A stretch of DNA of 64,000 nucleotides from Marsupella aquatica (taxonomy: Eukaryota; Plantae; Marchantiophyta). The notes beneath the pieces were generated by a model. The model was not told where the DNA came from. It made no database searches and saw nothing but the letters and a program-made list of their open reading frames with translations. The stretch is from positions 13,160,359-13,224,358 of the forward strand of contig OZ316893.1 of NCBI GenBank assembly GCA_973895155.1. The letters run 5' to 3'. Positions 1 to 12,674 of this stretch are shown one piece after another (within the stretch, counting starts at the first letter, position 1; every line of letters starts with the position of its first letter). Both the position numbers and the translations under genes were made by a program.

Positions 1-1321
1 TGTGGCTCGCTCTCTCATTTAGGCATGTGGATGATCTGTTTGGTTTGCTCTTCTTTCTTCGATTGATATTCTCTTGTTTCTGCCTATGTATGCCCATATG
101 GCCCTTACAACCGAAAACCCGTGACAGCTAATGGATTTTTCGCTTTGATCAGCTGGCACATTCTCCAGGGAGCTGATAATTTCATATTTAGATGAAGAAG
201 TAATGGTACGTAATCCATTCCATCATTCTGTGAACTTCCTTCTCCCGACCTAAACCCCGACCTTTCGAGTCATGCTGTCCGCTTTCTACCATTCAGTCTT
301 TTACCCGTAGGTTGGATGCTGAACATGCATGTAACTATTCTCTTGTCGTCTCTCAATTGGTTCAATGAACTCCGTTCATGTGGAGGTTTGCTCTGTTCGG
401 GAACCTCACCACCTCTTGCAGTGCATCTCTAGCAGAGCCATCTTGGGAATGCTTGTGTTGCGTTTCACTGTCTTCTCTAACTGGGACCATTTCCTTCTGG
501 TCGCTGTGCAGGTTGCCAGAGATAAGTCAGGGGTACCTGACGTTTTGCTGCGCTTGGACAACCCTGTAATGGATAGATCTGCCGATTTGATTGTCCCTGA
601 ATATATGAGCTGATAATTGTGTCCAAGGTTTTGACTACAGTGAAGGTTTGCAGAGTATAGTTTTGTTGGCACCTATGTCCAAGCACTGGTTCTCTGTAAG
701 GTTTTTGTGCCTTGATTGAAAGTGGCAGTGGAGTGGAGTGTACAGTCATATTGACAAAGGTTCAAGCAGTTCTGTTGCATGTGATGAGAATTCTCTTCGA
801 CTCCTTCCGTCTTCGCAATGCATTGGTTCCTTTGTGAGCATACTCCTTGTGGTAGACTATGACAGTGTGTTGCACAAAAGAGTTTCATTCAGCTCCACTA
901 CTTCGGAAATTCTGATCATGGCTAGATTTTAACCATGCCCAAGGCTGATGAACGTCACGACATTTCTCATATCCCCTTCACAGTGTGGCAGGAATGTTCC
1001 ACTATTTGGAGGCACCCCCCTCACTTGCAACTCTTTGGACATTTTGTGTTATCATCAAAAAACTAGAATCAGTTACCGTAAACCAATCAGGTGATGGCAT
1101 ATGTCATTCTTGAACTTTATACACCTTCGTGATGTGGTTCGACAAGAACAGGACCAAGTTTCCAAAGAGGGGCAAGAAAAGTAGAATGGAGTAAAAACAA
1201 AAGACTTCCAGAGAGTACCAACACTAAACTCAAAGAAATAACATATGCAATCCTAGGAAAGAAGAGAATGTAAGAGATGAAAAGCAACTACTACAAGTGT
1301 GACACCCTGATGGTTCACCCT

Positions 1322-1503
1322 GTGTTTTGATGATCTAATGTATTAATTAAGTGGGATATGACCTCACATGCATTTTTGGGTGCATTACAAAGAAAAGCCT
1401 TGTAATCTTAGGGTGTTTTGATGATCTAATGTATTAATTAAGTGGGATATGACCTCACATGCATTTTTGGGTGCATTACAAAGAAAAGCCTTGTAATCTT
1501 AGG
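1322..1503. repeat. 91-bp direct tandem duplication
   Basis: GTGTTTTGATGATCTAATG...GTAATCTTAGG occurs at 1322 and again at 1413. Confidence 0.9.
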
Positions 1504-2058
1504 GGAAGACATGGCTGGCCTGCAGTAATGCCACATAAAGCACTTATACATGCTATATATGCATATGAGCTTTTTTCTAACCTGTCCCCCAAAACTACCC
1601 TTATTATTATCTTGTCCCCAAACAAAATTAATTATCAAGTTGCCCTCCATTTTATGTATGGGCTAGTATTAACTCAAGACTGGGTTTGCATTGCCACATG
1701 CAAGTCAGCATTGGCTAGCCTTAACCTGCTGCTACCTCCCCTCGGCCCCATTCCACATCGCTGGGCACAATCAGAGGCCTGGGAGGGGCAAAAACACATC
1801 ATTTTTGCTCCAAACTCCTCTGACTGTCTCGACCCTCATTTTACTCAAGAAGATGCACAAAAACCTGCATTTTTTTTTGCATCATTGCTTTTTCACGCAA
1901 GAAGACACCAAATACTGCCATATTTTATTTTGCTCAGGAAAGAAGTAGATCGAGCCAAATGGGGAGGGCACAGTTGGCCTAAGATGCAGCTTGATATGTG
2001 TGAAAAACTGGTGCGGCTACTCTAATACTACTGGGTAATTTGGGGGTCACGCCAATAA

Positions 2059-2402
2059 TGTTAGATATTGCTCTAGTCTTGTGACTCATGAGCTAACCAC
2101 AGTTAGTCCAACTCGGGTTAGGACTTAGCTAATGTTAGCAGTAGTGCTATTGTGTATATAGTCAGGGCTGATGCCAGACCCTGGTGGAACTTAGGCTCAT
2201 TGTTACGGAGCTAGTTGAGAGATAGGGAGAGCTTGTGCTGTGGATGCTTGGTATGGCCGGTTGGTCTAGAGTGCAGTAAAGCTCTTGTATGTTCCCGTGG
2301 ATGTAGCCTCATGTGGAGGTGAACCACGTATCTCTCTGTGTCGACTCTTGTGCGTTGGATGGTTCATGGGCTTGCCGTTGCAAATGTCGTCTATGCTCAA
2401 CA
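2059..2402 (+). repeat. 5' LTR
   Basis: TGTTAGATATTG...ATGCTCAACA; matches 8626-8969 with about 16 substitutions by manual count. Confidence 0.97.
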
Positions 2403-2404
2403 AG

Positions 2405-2416
2405 TGGTATCAGAGC
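2405..2416 (+). promoter_or_regulatory. Primer binding site (tRNA-iMet)
   Basis: TGGTATCAGAGC 2 nt after the 5' LTR. Confidence 0.95.
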
Positions 2417-4345
2417 ATGCCTGGGAGGTGACGAGGTTTTTTTTGTAACAGGGTTTTCCAGCGTTCATTGTCGGTGGCACATTCGGAGTTTCGTCGCATG
2501 AAACTCGAATGTGTGTGGCTGAGCGGATAGGTTAGTGAGAGGGCTTTCTAACGGTGGTTAGAACTCGCTGATTAGTATCCGTGGTGCGGAGGAATCAAAG
2601 TTTGCGTCGTTCAGGGTTTATTCGTGTTCGACGGTATTTCGGGGGAGAGACCAGAGTTTGCGTTTTTCAACGGTGTGAGCTGTGCGGTACGGGAGGGATC
2701 GCACATTATAGCTCAAGTTGAAGGTTGATGCGAGCTGGTCATTTCGGTAGTTGTGTTGCTGCCGAGTTGTTACCGAGTGCGACGTGACGAGTGAAGGAGA
2801 CATTCAGGTTTTTTTTTTCACAAGCTATGGAGCTTGTTCTCATCTGAACCGGGTTTCTCTTCGTGACGTCCGACTCGGTGGGAGAGAAGCGAAGTACCAC
2901 GGCTCAACGGTTTGATCGCAGCAAGGCGATCATTTTGAGCCCGGGATTGGCACTTGACGTGGTGTGAAGGCAACACGGCGGAAGCTTTTACAGTGCTGGA
3001 GTTGCAGACGGCGCCGATGTGATTCGGTAACAAATCCCGTTGGTAACTCGTTGTTTTCTCAATGGAAACGGCGGCGGTTTAGGTTTGTAACCGGCCTTGT
3101 TTGTGATTAAATCGGCATTTTTTGGGGTATTTTTTTGTGATTTTACGAGGTGTATACACCTCGTACCGGGCGTCCCCCCGCGTACTGTATTCCCTTCCCC
3201 CCCGCCCAAACTTGTCTTTTGCCGCAGCGGCGTGCTGCGCAGCGCCGGCCGGCGTGTTTGCAGCCGCCCCATCCCCTGCCTTGCCTTAGGGACGCGCGCA
3301 CCTCGCCCTCCCCTCCTACTGACTTACAACGCCGGGGGGCTCCCACCGACCCGCGGCCCTGCCCGACCCCCGTCAACCCCGCTGCTTCCCTGCGCCACGC
3401 CCCACAGCGTACGCGCCCGGGACTCCTTCCGTGATCGGGATGGCGTACGCGACCTGCCGGCCGCCTTACTTCTTTGTACTCGCGGGGGTACTCGCGTACC
3501 CCCTTTACGGCCCCGCCCCGACCTTGAACGCCCGGCCCTTCGTGTATTCATCCTTCTGTATTCCTGTACCCTGTCTGGCCCGCCTCGCGTATGCGCGACA
3601 TGGATGCACATTTTTAAGGCGTATTTATGTTTAAGGGGCTTATCACCCCCTTTAAAGGCCTTTTTTTTAACCATTCTTTCCCTCTTTTGGTTCTCCTTGA
3701 TGCCGGGACCTGTCGCCCTCCGTTTTAACCGCTTGGATAGGGGGAACAGCCCCCTGTGAGACCTGTCAGACTGTGCGGGAATATTCCCAAAAAACAGAGA
3801 GCTGTTTTTTGGCCGTCCGACAAAGATTCTGTCCGCCGAACTGTAACTTTTTTGGTTCTTTTTCGACAAGGACGTTGCCACTGGAGTTAGCAACGCGGCG
3901 CACCAATCACATTGCGATTCCAATGACGGGTTGTACTGGGTATTTTGGTTATTCTCCGAGGTGGTCAAAACGGGGGAGTTTCCCAAGGTTTTATCCACCC
4001 CGGCCGAAATTTGAATAACTTTTCCTTCGAATTTTGATTTTGATTTCGGATTTCAGTGTTAGACTCCTAGCTTCGTGGGCTACGCGGCGGTGTTGAGTTT
4101 TGAGTTTTGTGAGAAGTTAAAAAAAAAGACGTTTTTTCGTGATTGTTTCATATGAGTGATCGGAGGATACTGGAAGAATTGGCGTCGGTGGAGCTTCAGG
4201 ATCGCGATGGTCAGACAGAGAGTCTGAGGAAGAGCTGCTACCATTTGAGGAGGAACTAGTGACACCAGTAAGATCACCAGTGCGGCGTGCAGTGGAGGAA
4301 GCTGTACTACTACCAGAGCTGTCGGTAGTAGGGAAGAAGAGGGAG

Positions 4346-7300
4346 ATGGCTAGATTCGGAGGAGTGAAGTTTGAGGTGGAGAAGTACGATGGTAGTACTG
4401 ATTACTTGCTGTGGGAGAAGCAAGTGAAGGGTGTTCTACGGGCCATGGGCTTAGCTCATCTGCTTTCATCGCGAGAGCAGTATGATGGAGAGGAGGAGAT
4501 TTCTGTGAGACAATGGAGACAGGAGCAGGTGATTGCTGTCAATGCAGTGATGCTATATCTCAAGCCGCACATCATCAAGCAGCTAGATGATTATGCGGAT
4601 TGCGTGTCATTGTTCAAGGCTCTAAGAGAGAAGTACTACCGGAAAGATGCGTCAGACCAGCTATACAAGAAGTCTCTCTTGATGAGCCTCAGGCTCAAGG
4701 AAGGGAGCAAGATGCAGGATCACCTGGATGAATTTGACAGTCTAGCGGTGAATCTGTCAAACCTGGGAAAAGGAGTTGAAGATGAGGATAAGGCCTTGCT
4801 TCTGCTAAGCTCCTTACCGCTGTCATATCAGGGCTTGAAACAGGTGCTCTTGTACAGAGATCTTAAGTTCATTTCGTATAATGAGGTGGTGAGCTTTTTA
4901 CTGTCTGATGATGCTCAGAAGAAGCTGGGTCAATCACAGACAGCATCTTCTTCTGGCACTGCGCTCAATGTGAACAGGGGAAGAGCAGCGCAGCGCACGA
5001 ATGGGCAGAACAGGTTTAGATCTACATCACGGGGGAGATCTAAATCTAGAGGGAAATTGCAAGAGAGGAAGCCTCTTGCATGTTGGAATTGTGGCAAGCC
5101 TGGCCACATGAAAATGAATTGTCGAGTAAAGGTCCCTACTACATCTGCTAACGTGGCATCGAGCTCGCATGAGGTAGATTTACTCGATGATGATGACATA
5201 TTGTGATATCAAGGTTATGCTCTCAACGTAGTGTCAAATCTAGGTAGTGATGACTGGATTCTAGATAGTGCATGTATTTTTCATATTTGCTCTAGGAGAG
5301 ATTTTTTCAGTTCTTACACGGTTTCCAACGGGTCAGTGTTGATGGGAAATGGAATCCCATGTCAAGTTGTTGAACTTGGATCTGTAAGATTTCAGATGTT
5401 TGATGGTGCTATGAGAACATTGAGGAATGTGAGACATATTCCTAGCATGATGAAAAATCTCATTTCACTTGGAGTTTTAAAGGCAAATGGCCATCAGTGG
5501 AGTTCTGCTAATGGTGTCCTTTAGGTTTCAACTGGTACTAAAGTTGTATTGAAGGGAAAGTGACATTGCAATCTATACGTTTTGGAGGGCAGTGTAGTCT
5601 GTGATGAAGCCAATGTAATCTTATCTCATGAGGAGACGGCCCGGCTATGGCACTTCCGATTGGGTCACATGAGTGAAAAAGGTTTGGTTATTCTTCAGAA
5701 GAAATGATTACTTTCTAATTTGCAATCTTGTAAGTTGGAATTTTGTGAGCACTGTGTGCTAGGGAAGCAGCACAGAAAACCCTTCGGAGTTGGAACTCAC
5801 ACCAACAAGGAGGTACTTGAGTATGTACATAGTGATGTGTGGAGTCCAGCCCCTACTCCCTCACATTCTGAACGAATATATTATGTCACGTTCATAGACG
5901 ATTACTCAAGGTATGTGTGGATATACTTTCTATATAATAAGTCTGATGTTTTTGCCACTTTTAAGGAGTGGAAAGCCCAAGTTGAGAATCAGACTGGTAA
6001 TAAGGTGAGATATCTTCGATCAAATAACGGTGGTGAATACAGTTCCGGGGAATTCGGAACGTATTATAAGGAGCAGTGAATTACCCGCCATCTCACAACA
6101 AGTTATACTGCTCAGCAGAATGGTGTTTCTGAGAGACTCAACCGAACACTATTGGACCGCTCGAGGAGTATGTTGAGTCAATCATGCTTACCACATGAGT
6201 TTTGGGCTGAAGCTGTCAACACTACAGCTTATTTGGTAAATTTTTCTCCATCCAGTTCTATTGGATTCAAGACGTCATTTGAAATGAGGTACGGGCGTCC
6301 AGCAGATTACTCACATCTGAGGATTTTTGGATGTGATGCTTATGTGCTTACACCTTCCCAGCTTCGATCCAAGCTAAAGTCCAAGTCGAAGAAGTGTATT
6401 TTCCTTGGCTATCAGAAAGGTGTGAAGGGTTATAGGTTATGGGATCCAGTAACTTGTAAACTAATTGTCAGTAGAGATGTGTCCTTTAATGAATCCAGAT
6501 CATCAAAGGAGGGGAGAGTTCTCAGGACTCCCATACTGACAAGGGGAAATCTCCCATCCCGGACCGGGTTGAGGGGGAGATTAGTCATGATGCAGTTCAT
6601 GACAGGAGAGATGGAGAAGCTCCGGGCTTGGAGCTGGTTCCTGTAATGGAACAAGAGGAGCAAATTGTTGCTAGGGTACCTCAAATTCAACCAGCAACAG
6701 ATCAGCCTGAGTCATCTACTAGAAGAACTTTCAGTCATTCTACTAGAGCTCCTACCAGGTATGGTCAATGGGCAGACTCATCTAAGCTAGATGATATTGA
6801 CATTGCACCTGATGAAGATGATATGGCTTTGATCTTGGAAGAAGGAGAGCCTTCTTCGTATAGTGAGGCTTGTGCTTCAGAGCAGAAGCATGAGTGGAAT
6901 GCAGCAATGCAGAGGGAGTTGCAATCTTTGAGTGACAACAAGACATGGGAGCTGGTGGAGCTTCCAAGAGGTCAGCAAGTGGTGGACAGCAAGTGGATTT
7001 ACAAGTTGAAGGATAGTCCTTCAGAGGGTGGAGACAAGATCTACAAGGCAGGGCTTGTTGCCAAGGGATTCACTCAGGAGAAAGGAGTGGATTACAATGA
7101 GGTCTTTTCACCGGTGGCTAAGTATTCCACAAGTCGGATCTTGTGTCAGCTTGTTATGTTTTTTGGTCTGGTGATGGATCAAATGGATGTTGTTACTGCT
7201 TTTCTCTATGGCAACTTGGAAGAGATGATCTTCATGAGACAACCACTAAGCTTTATGAAGAAGGGCCAAGAGAACTTAGTTTGCAGATTGCTCAAGTCCT

Positions 7301-8418
7301 TGTATGGATTGAAGCAGTCTCCCAGACAGTGGAACAAGCGGTTTGATGATTTCATGTTTGTTCAAGGTTTTACAAGGATGGTGTATGATCCTTGTGTGTA
7401 TATGAAATCAATCAAGAATGATGTATTTGGTTTCATCATTCTGGTGATCTATGTGGATGACATGCTGATTGTGGCTAAAGATCAATCTGAGGTTGACAGT
7501 CTCAAGGCGAAATTGAGTGCTGAATTCAGGATGAAGGATCTTGGTAAGGCCAAGAGGATCTTATGGATGAAGATTTTTAGGAACTCTGAGACTAGACAGT
7601 TGTGCTTGAGTCAAGGCCAGTATGCGAGGAAAGTACTTGCACGATTCAACATGGAGAACTGTAAGCCAGTGAGTATTCTTTTAGCGTCACATTTCAAATT
7701 ATCATCGGCTTTCTTTCCTACAGATGCTGTGGAGAAAGGTCTGATGGCTAAGATTCCTTATGAGAAGGCAATAGGCAATCTGATGTATTTGATGACTTGT
7801 ACTAGGCCTGACTTGGCCCTAGCGATGGGCAAGGTCAGCAGATTCATGTCAAATCCAGGGAAGGTACATTGGGAAGCTGTGAAGTGGATTCTCAGGTATC
7901 TGAAGGGAACATAGGATTATGGATTACTATTTGATAGCAGATCAGATAGAACGTTAGTTGGCTATGTAGATTCTGACTATGGAGGCTGTCTGGATACAAG
8001 GAGGTCTACAACTGGGTTTGTATACACTCTTGGAGGAGGATGTATCAGTTGGAAATCTACCTTGCATAAGTGCATATCTCAGTCTACTACAGAAGCAGAG
8101 TATGTTGTAGCAGCAGAAGCAGCAAAGGAAGCAATTTGGTTGGACAAGCTAATCGCGGAGATGGGTTTAGAGCATGGCAAAATGACTCTAAACTGTGATA
8201 GTCAGAGTGCTCTTCACTTGGCTGCTAACCAGGTGATGGATAGCAGGGTGAAGCACATTGATATCAGGTACCATTTTATCAGGCAAGCAGTGTCTGATAA
8301 AACTTTTGAGCTAGTCAAGATTGATGGAAAGCTCAATCCCGCTGATGCCTTTACCAAAGTGATTCCTTTGGAGAGTTTCTCAAGACACCGTGCTACTTTG
8401 CAGGTTTTGCAGTTGTAG
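4346..8418 (+). pseudogene. copia gag-pol polyprotein, disrupted
   Basis: Gag start MARFGGVKFEVEKYDG; zinc knuckle CWNCGKPGHMKMNC; protease WILDSA; integrase HSDVW/FIDDYSR; RT YVDDMLI; RNase H STTEAEY/KHIDIRYHF/NPADAFTK. In-frame stops (5204, 5522, 6077, 7912 and others) and a frameshift near 6500-6650. Confidence 0.95.
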
Positions 8419-8614
8419 TGCAAGTAGAGTTATTTAGCAATGTGTGACTATTTGTATATGGATTACTCATTCCTGTTTGGCTACGACTTAGTTCTAGTTA
8501 ACCCTTAGTTAACCCTTGTGGTTTTTAGGGGGAGACCTGGTTTGGTGATTGTCTAGAACTTCCCGCTGAGGATTCCATATGGTAGCATTTAGTCCAGTCC
8601 CCAAGACAAGAGTC

Positions 8615-8623
8615 AAGGGGGAG
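8615..8623 (+). other. Polypurine tract
   Basis: AAGGGGGAG immediately before the 3' LTR. Confidence 0.85.
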
Positions 8624-8625
8624 TT

Positions 8626-8969
8626 TGTTAGATATTGCTCTAGTCTTGTGACTCATGAGCTAACCACAGTTAGTCTAACTCGGGTTAGGACTTAGCTAAT
8701 GTTAGCGGTAGTGCTGTTTTGTATATAGCCAGGGCTGATGCCAGACCTTGGTGGAACTTAGGCTCATTGTTACGGAGCTAGTTGAGAGATAGGGAGAGCT
8801 TGTGCTGTGGATGCTTGGTATGGCCGGTCGGCCTAGAGCGCAGTAAAGCTCTTGTATGTTCCCGTGGACGTAGTCTCATGTGGAGATGAACCACGTATCT
8901 CTCTGTGTCAACTCTTGTGCGTTGGATGGTTCATGGACTTGCCGTTACGAATGTCGTCTATGCTCAACA
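8626..8969 (+). repeat. 3' LTR
   Basis: Direct repeat of 2059-2402, followed by the AATAA TSD. Confidence 0.97.
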
Positions 8970-8974
8970 AATAA

Positions 8975-9300
8975 TACTGGGTAATTTTGGGGACAGGCTA
9001 ATAAAAAACATATATATGACACACTAATAATACTGGGTAATTTGGGGGACATGTCAATAAAAATATATATATATGACACTCTAATAATACTGGGCAATTT
9101 CCAGGACATGTTCATAAAAACATATATATATAACACGCTAATAACACTGGGTAATTTGGGGGACGGGTTAATAAACACATATTTATCTATATATATATAA
9201 TAAACACATATTTAATAAATATAGGTTAATAAATATATATTTATCTATATATGTATAATAAATATATTTCTAATAATATTGGGTAATTTGAGGGGCAGGT
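8975..9300. repeat. Degenerate ~55-bp AT-rich tandem repeat (TAATACTGGGTAATTTGGGGGACA core) interrupted by the copia insertion
   Basis: About five copies right of the 3' LTR; one more copy at about 2023-2050 left of the 5' LTR. Confidence 0.8.
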
Positions 9301-10252
9301 AAAACATATTTGAATATGGAGAGAGATCTATGGAGATGTGAAGTATGTACCACATCCGATGGATAAGGTTGGGTGTGGAGAGTTGATGACTTGTAAAGCG
9401 CACAGGAAACCACGAAGGCATCAAAGAATGTGCCCCTCTCCTTCCTGACTTCGTGCGTTCGTTGGACACGTTGCCGCATCGATCATTTTCCCCCACAGCT
9501 TCAATCTCCATGACGATGGCAGAGCACCGTCGTCTGAAGGCTCCCCTGCTGCTGCTGCTGCTGATGGTTGCTTGCACGGCGCAAAAATTTCTGTAGAAAG
9601 CAAAGTGTCTGGTTGCCCAGACGCCATTGTTGTAGCAAGGTGACAGTCGTTCCTGCCAACTTTTGGTCAATCGATTCGAGTTGCAGCTCGTGTTAATCGT
9701 AGTCGCTGTTCAATGCTGATGCACCGGCATTGGAGAAACATCTGGACTCTGTAGGGTGAAAGTACGTTTTTACTCGTGTGAAAAGAATCGTTGATTGCAG
9801 TTTGTGAAGGAGAAGAGGTCGCACGAGTTTGGTTGTCGGTCTGTTCGGCGGAGAAGAGTTTAGCCAGCTTGATTCCTGGGACGAATTGTGAAAGCGTTGG
9901 TAGTTAAAAAAGGTTGGACGAATTGGGTTGTCAGTCTGTTCGGCTGATGAAGAGTGTGGTCAGCTGTTCTAGAATTTACTCGGCTGGATCACTGGAATGG
10001 ATTGTGAAGGACTGACCCTCAGCTCTTCTTTGTTCCGTATATATCCGAATTGAAGCGTGAATTGGGCGAGGAAGCTGAGGATTCGGCAAATTTGAAGCTC
10101 ACGATACGTGGTGGCGCATCGAAGTGGGAGAAATCGCCGTATATCATCTGTTAGGCTGTCTTTTCCTGCTAGGGTTTCTCGGTGCACCTGGGAGAGGAGG
10201 GGAAGAGACCTTTGTGGGGGATCCGTAGGAAGAAAGAGCGGTGGTAGCAAAA

Positions 10253-11355
10253 ATGGGGCAGACAGCTCTCCCAGGTCAGGGGTTGCTGGTCCAAGTGTCG
10301 CCGATGGGGGGTGCAGCAGCAGCAGCAGCAGCTACAGTGCAACCCACTCGAGCAAGCAGTGGAGCAGGAGCAGGTGTTTCAGGGTGCATCAGCGCTCCTC
10401 AAAGGTCTCAAAGGATTTCCTGGACGACGGGTGCTCGGCATTTAAGATCAGCGTCCGCTGCAGCGGGGATAGCGATCCTGCCATGGATTCAGCCGACAAG
10501 CAGCGGATTGAAAAAGAAGAGGAGCTTCGTTGTGAGAGCCGCAATTCAAGAGCAGGAGCAGGAGAAGGAGCAGGAGAAACCCAAGCCTGATGTTGAGGAA
10601 ACAACTCGCAAGCGAGGGCTTGAAGCTGGACTCTGGCAGGTAGGCTCGTCCGCTCATTTGCATTGATCGACTGGCTTGTCACCCTGGATGGAATCGATTT
10701 TCAAAGCTGATGGCAGCATAAGTGAGGATTCTGGGCATCATACGGAGATTTCTCACCAGAAAAGAACTAGGATGCCTACGCAAACATCATCTGGTACCTG
10801 CTAACCTTTTCTTCCATGGGCTTTACAGATTTTTACCTCAAAGGAAAAGAGCGAGGAAGGTGCTGCCGTATCCAAGACTTCTCAAGCCAAGGACCTTTTG
10901 ACGCGATATGGGGGTGCTTATTTGGCTACGTCAATCTCATTATCCTTGGTCTCATTCGGCCTTTGTTACGTCCTCGTCAACAATGGGGTTGATGTCACAG
11001 CATTGTTGGAGAAGGTAGAGTATTTCCCCACATGTTTTTCGAGTTTTTCTACTCTGTACTCTCTCGAATTGTATAGTTTTTATTCTCACTATTTTCAAAA
11101 AGCCTTCAGAGATCTCAGTGGTATCTACGTGACTTTTTTGGTAAATTACATGCTAAGGAATGCCTTCACTGCTACTAGGTGGGGATTCATACCAACGAGA
11201 CTGGAGAGAAAGTGGGAACTTTTGCATTAGCATATGCAGCACACAAGGCTGCATCTCCAATTCGATTCCCTCCCACGGTTGCACTTACACCAATTGTAGC
11301 TGGGTGGTTTGGGAAGAAACCAGTAGAGGTTGGAGAAGAAGAGAAGAAGCCTTGA
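10253..11355 (+). CDS. DUF1279 / FAM210B-like membrane protein, probably plastid-targeted, about 249 aa
   Basis: Exons 10253-10639, 10829-11014, 11179-11355 with GT-AG introns in phase. Motifs YGGAYLATSISLSLVSF and GTFALAYAAHKAASPIRFPPTVALTP. Ser/Ala-rich N-terminus ending in FVVRA resembles a transit peptide. Confidence 0.9.
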
Positions 11356-11594
11356 AGGTTTTTCTAAGAGGCAATCCACGTCCTTTATCATTTATAAAGT
11401 AACTTCTTATCATTGGTAGATTCTTCAAGTGTACAATCATTGAAAAGTATATACAATTACTTCTATCTTGGATTATTGGGATTGATGATGCGTAGACAAG
11501 ACGCCTTTGTCCCGAGAAGAGGCCAATGATTCGTGATTTTCTTGGAAACACATCCCATCTCATGCATTTTCATGTGGCAGTCCCATTCAGCGGA

Positions 11595-11880
11595 TAGATT
11601 TGGTAGTGATCCACTTAAAAGCATCTTTCACTTGTCGCCTCATGCGCTATTCCTCGTCAGCAAGCATTCGCTTTTTCTGTGGAAGGATTTGTTAGTGATC
11701 CACTTGAACATCCCTCACTTGTCTTCTCATGCGACCATCCCCGTTAGCAAGCGTTCGCTTCTTGAGTGGATGGATTTGGTAGTGATCCACTTAAAAACAT
11801 CTACTTCGGCTTCTTATGCGACCATCCTTCTCAGCAAGCATTCGCATCTTCTGTGGATGGATTTGATAGTAAAGTTCTTG
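11595..11880. repeat. Degenerate ~88-bp tandem repeat, about 3.5 copies
   Basis: GATTTGGTAGTGATCCACTT...CAGCAAGCATTCGC recurs at spacings of 89, 87 and 87 bp. Confidence 0.75.
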
Positions 11881-12674
11881 AAAACAGCCCTCATCCGACA
11901 ATTCTCTTCCACAAACTCTCGATTGTTGTAAAGGTAGATCGAGTGGTGATCACACGATCGTAGTATGCTGCTACTATATGTTCATCTAATCCAACAGTTC
12001 TCTCAAGAAAAAGATTTGTTCTTCTGTAAACAGATCTGGTACTGATTATGCCCGGAATTATCTTATACATACACAATATTTTTTGTCAAACGACATTCCT
12101 CTCTTCTCATGCGAACATTCAATTCTCGTGCAGATTGGGCACCTAGAAAGCACGTGAGACTTGCTGGTTCCAAAGTCTTGATCTTTCAATCCTTCGAGTG
12201 TACGCAGCTCACCAGCTTTATGAATATCTGTGTCTAGTTCGACTTTAACGTCCTGCTGTACAAAAGCTCCATTGCTTAATACTAAAAATCAATAATATAC
12301 TATGGATTAGACATCGGTGTGACGTATCAAAGCCAATACACCTAATCTCAGTAGCTATACAAATTTTCGCTAGACTACGAACTTGCTACAATGTCTACGC
12401 CAACAACCTTACTATAGAGTTTAGGTTGCCCTGAAACAAAGCTCGTGGAAAAAAGCCTGCAAATTAGGAGTCTTCCACGCTGGCACCATCGTTTTTTCCA
12501 TTGCAATAGAACCCCTTACACCCGTTACGTGTTCATGGTAGGCAGATGGAACGAAGGGCTAGTCTCTCCCGCAGAGAGAGAGGACAGCCTCGACATTCCA
12601 TTCAACCTACTCCACGGACTCCACATCCATGCCACACTGGGTGTGATTTAAAAAATAACTGTAATCTACTCACT

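Larger units (their letters stand above)
2059..8969 (+). mobile_element. Ty1/copia LTR retrotransposon, full-length but degenerate
   Basis: Two 344-bp TG...CA LTRs; AATAA TSD at 2054-2058 and 8970-8974; PBS; PPT; gag-PR-IN-RT-RH domain order. Confidence 0.97.

Noticed and set aside
1-1300. Short ORFs at the window start
   Set aside because: No recognisable motif in any frame; may be an old TE remnant but cannot be supported.
3097-3998. 220-aa ORFs on both strands in the copia leader
   Set aside because: GC-rich low-complexity sequence with few stops by chance; no recognisable domain.
5204-5206. Programmed stop-codon readthrough between copia gag and pol
   Set aside because: The element has many other in-frame stops, so decay is the simpler explanation.
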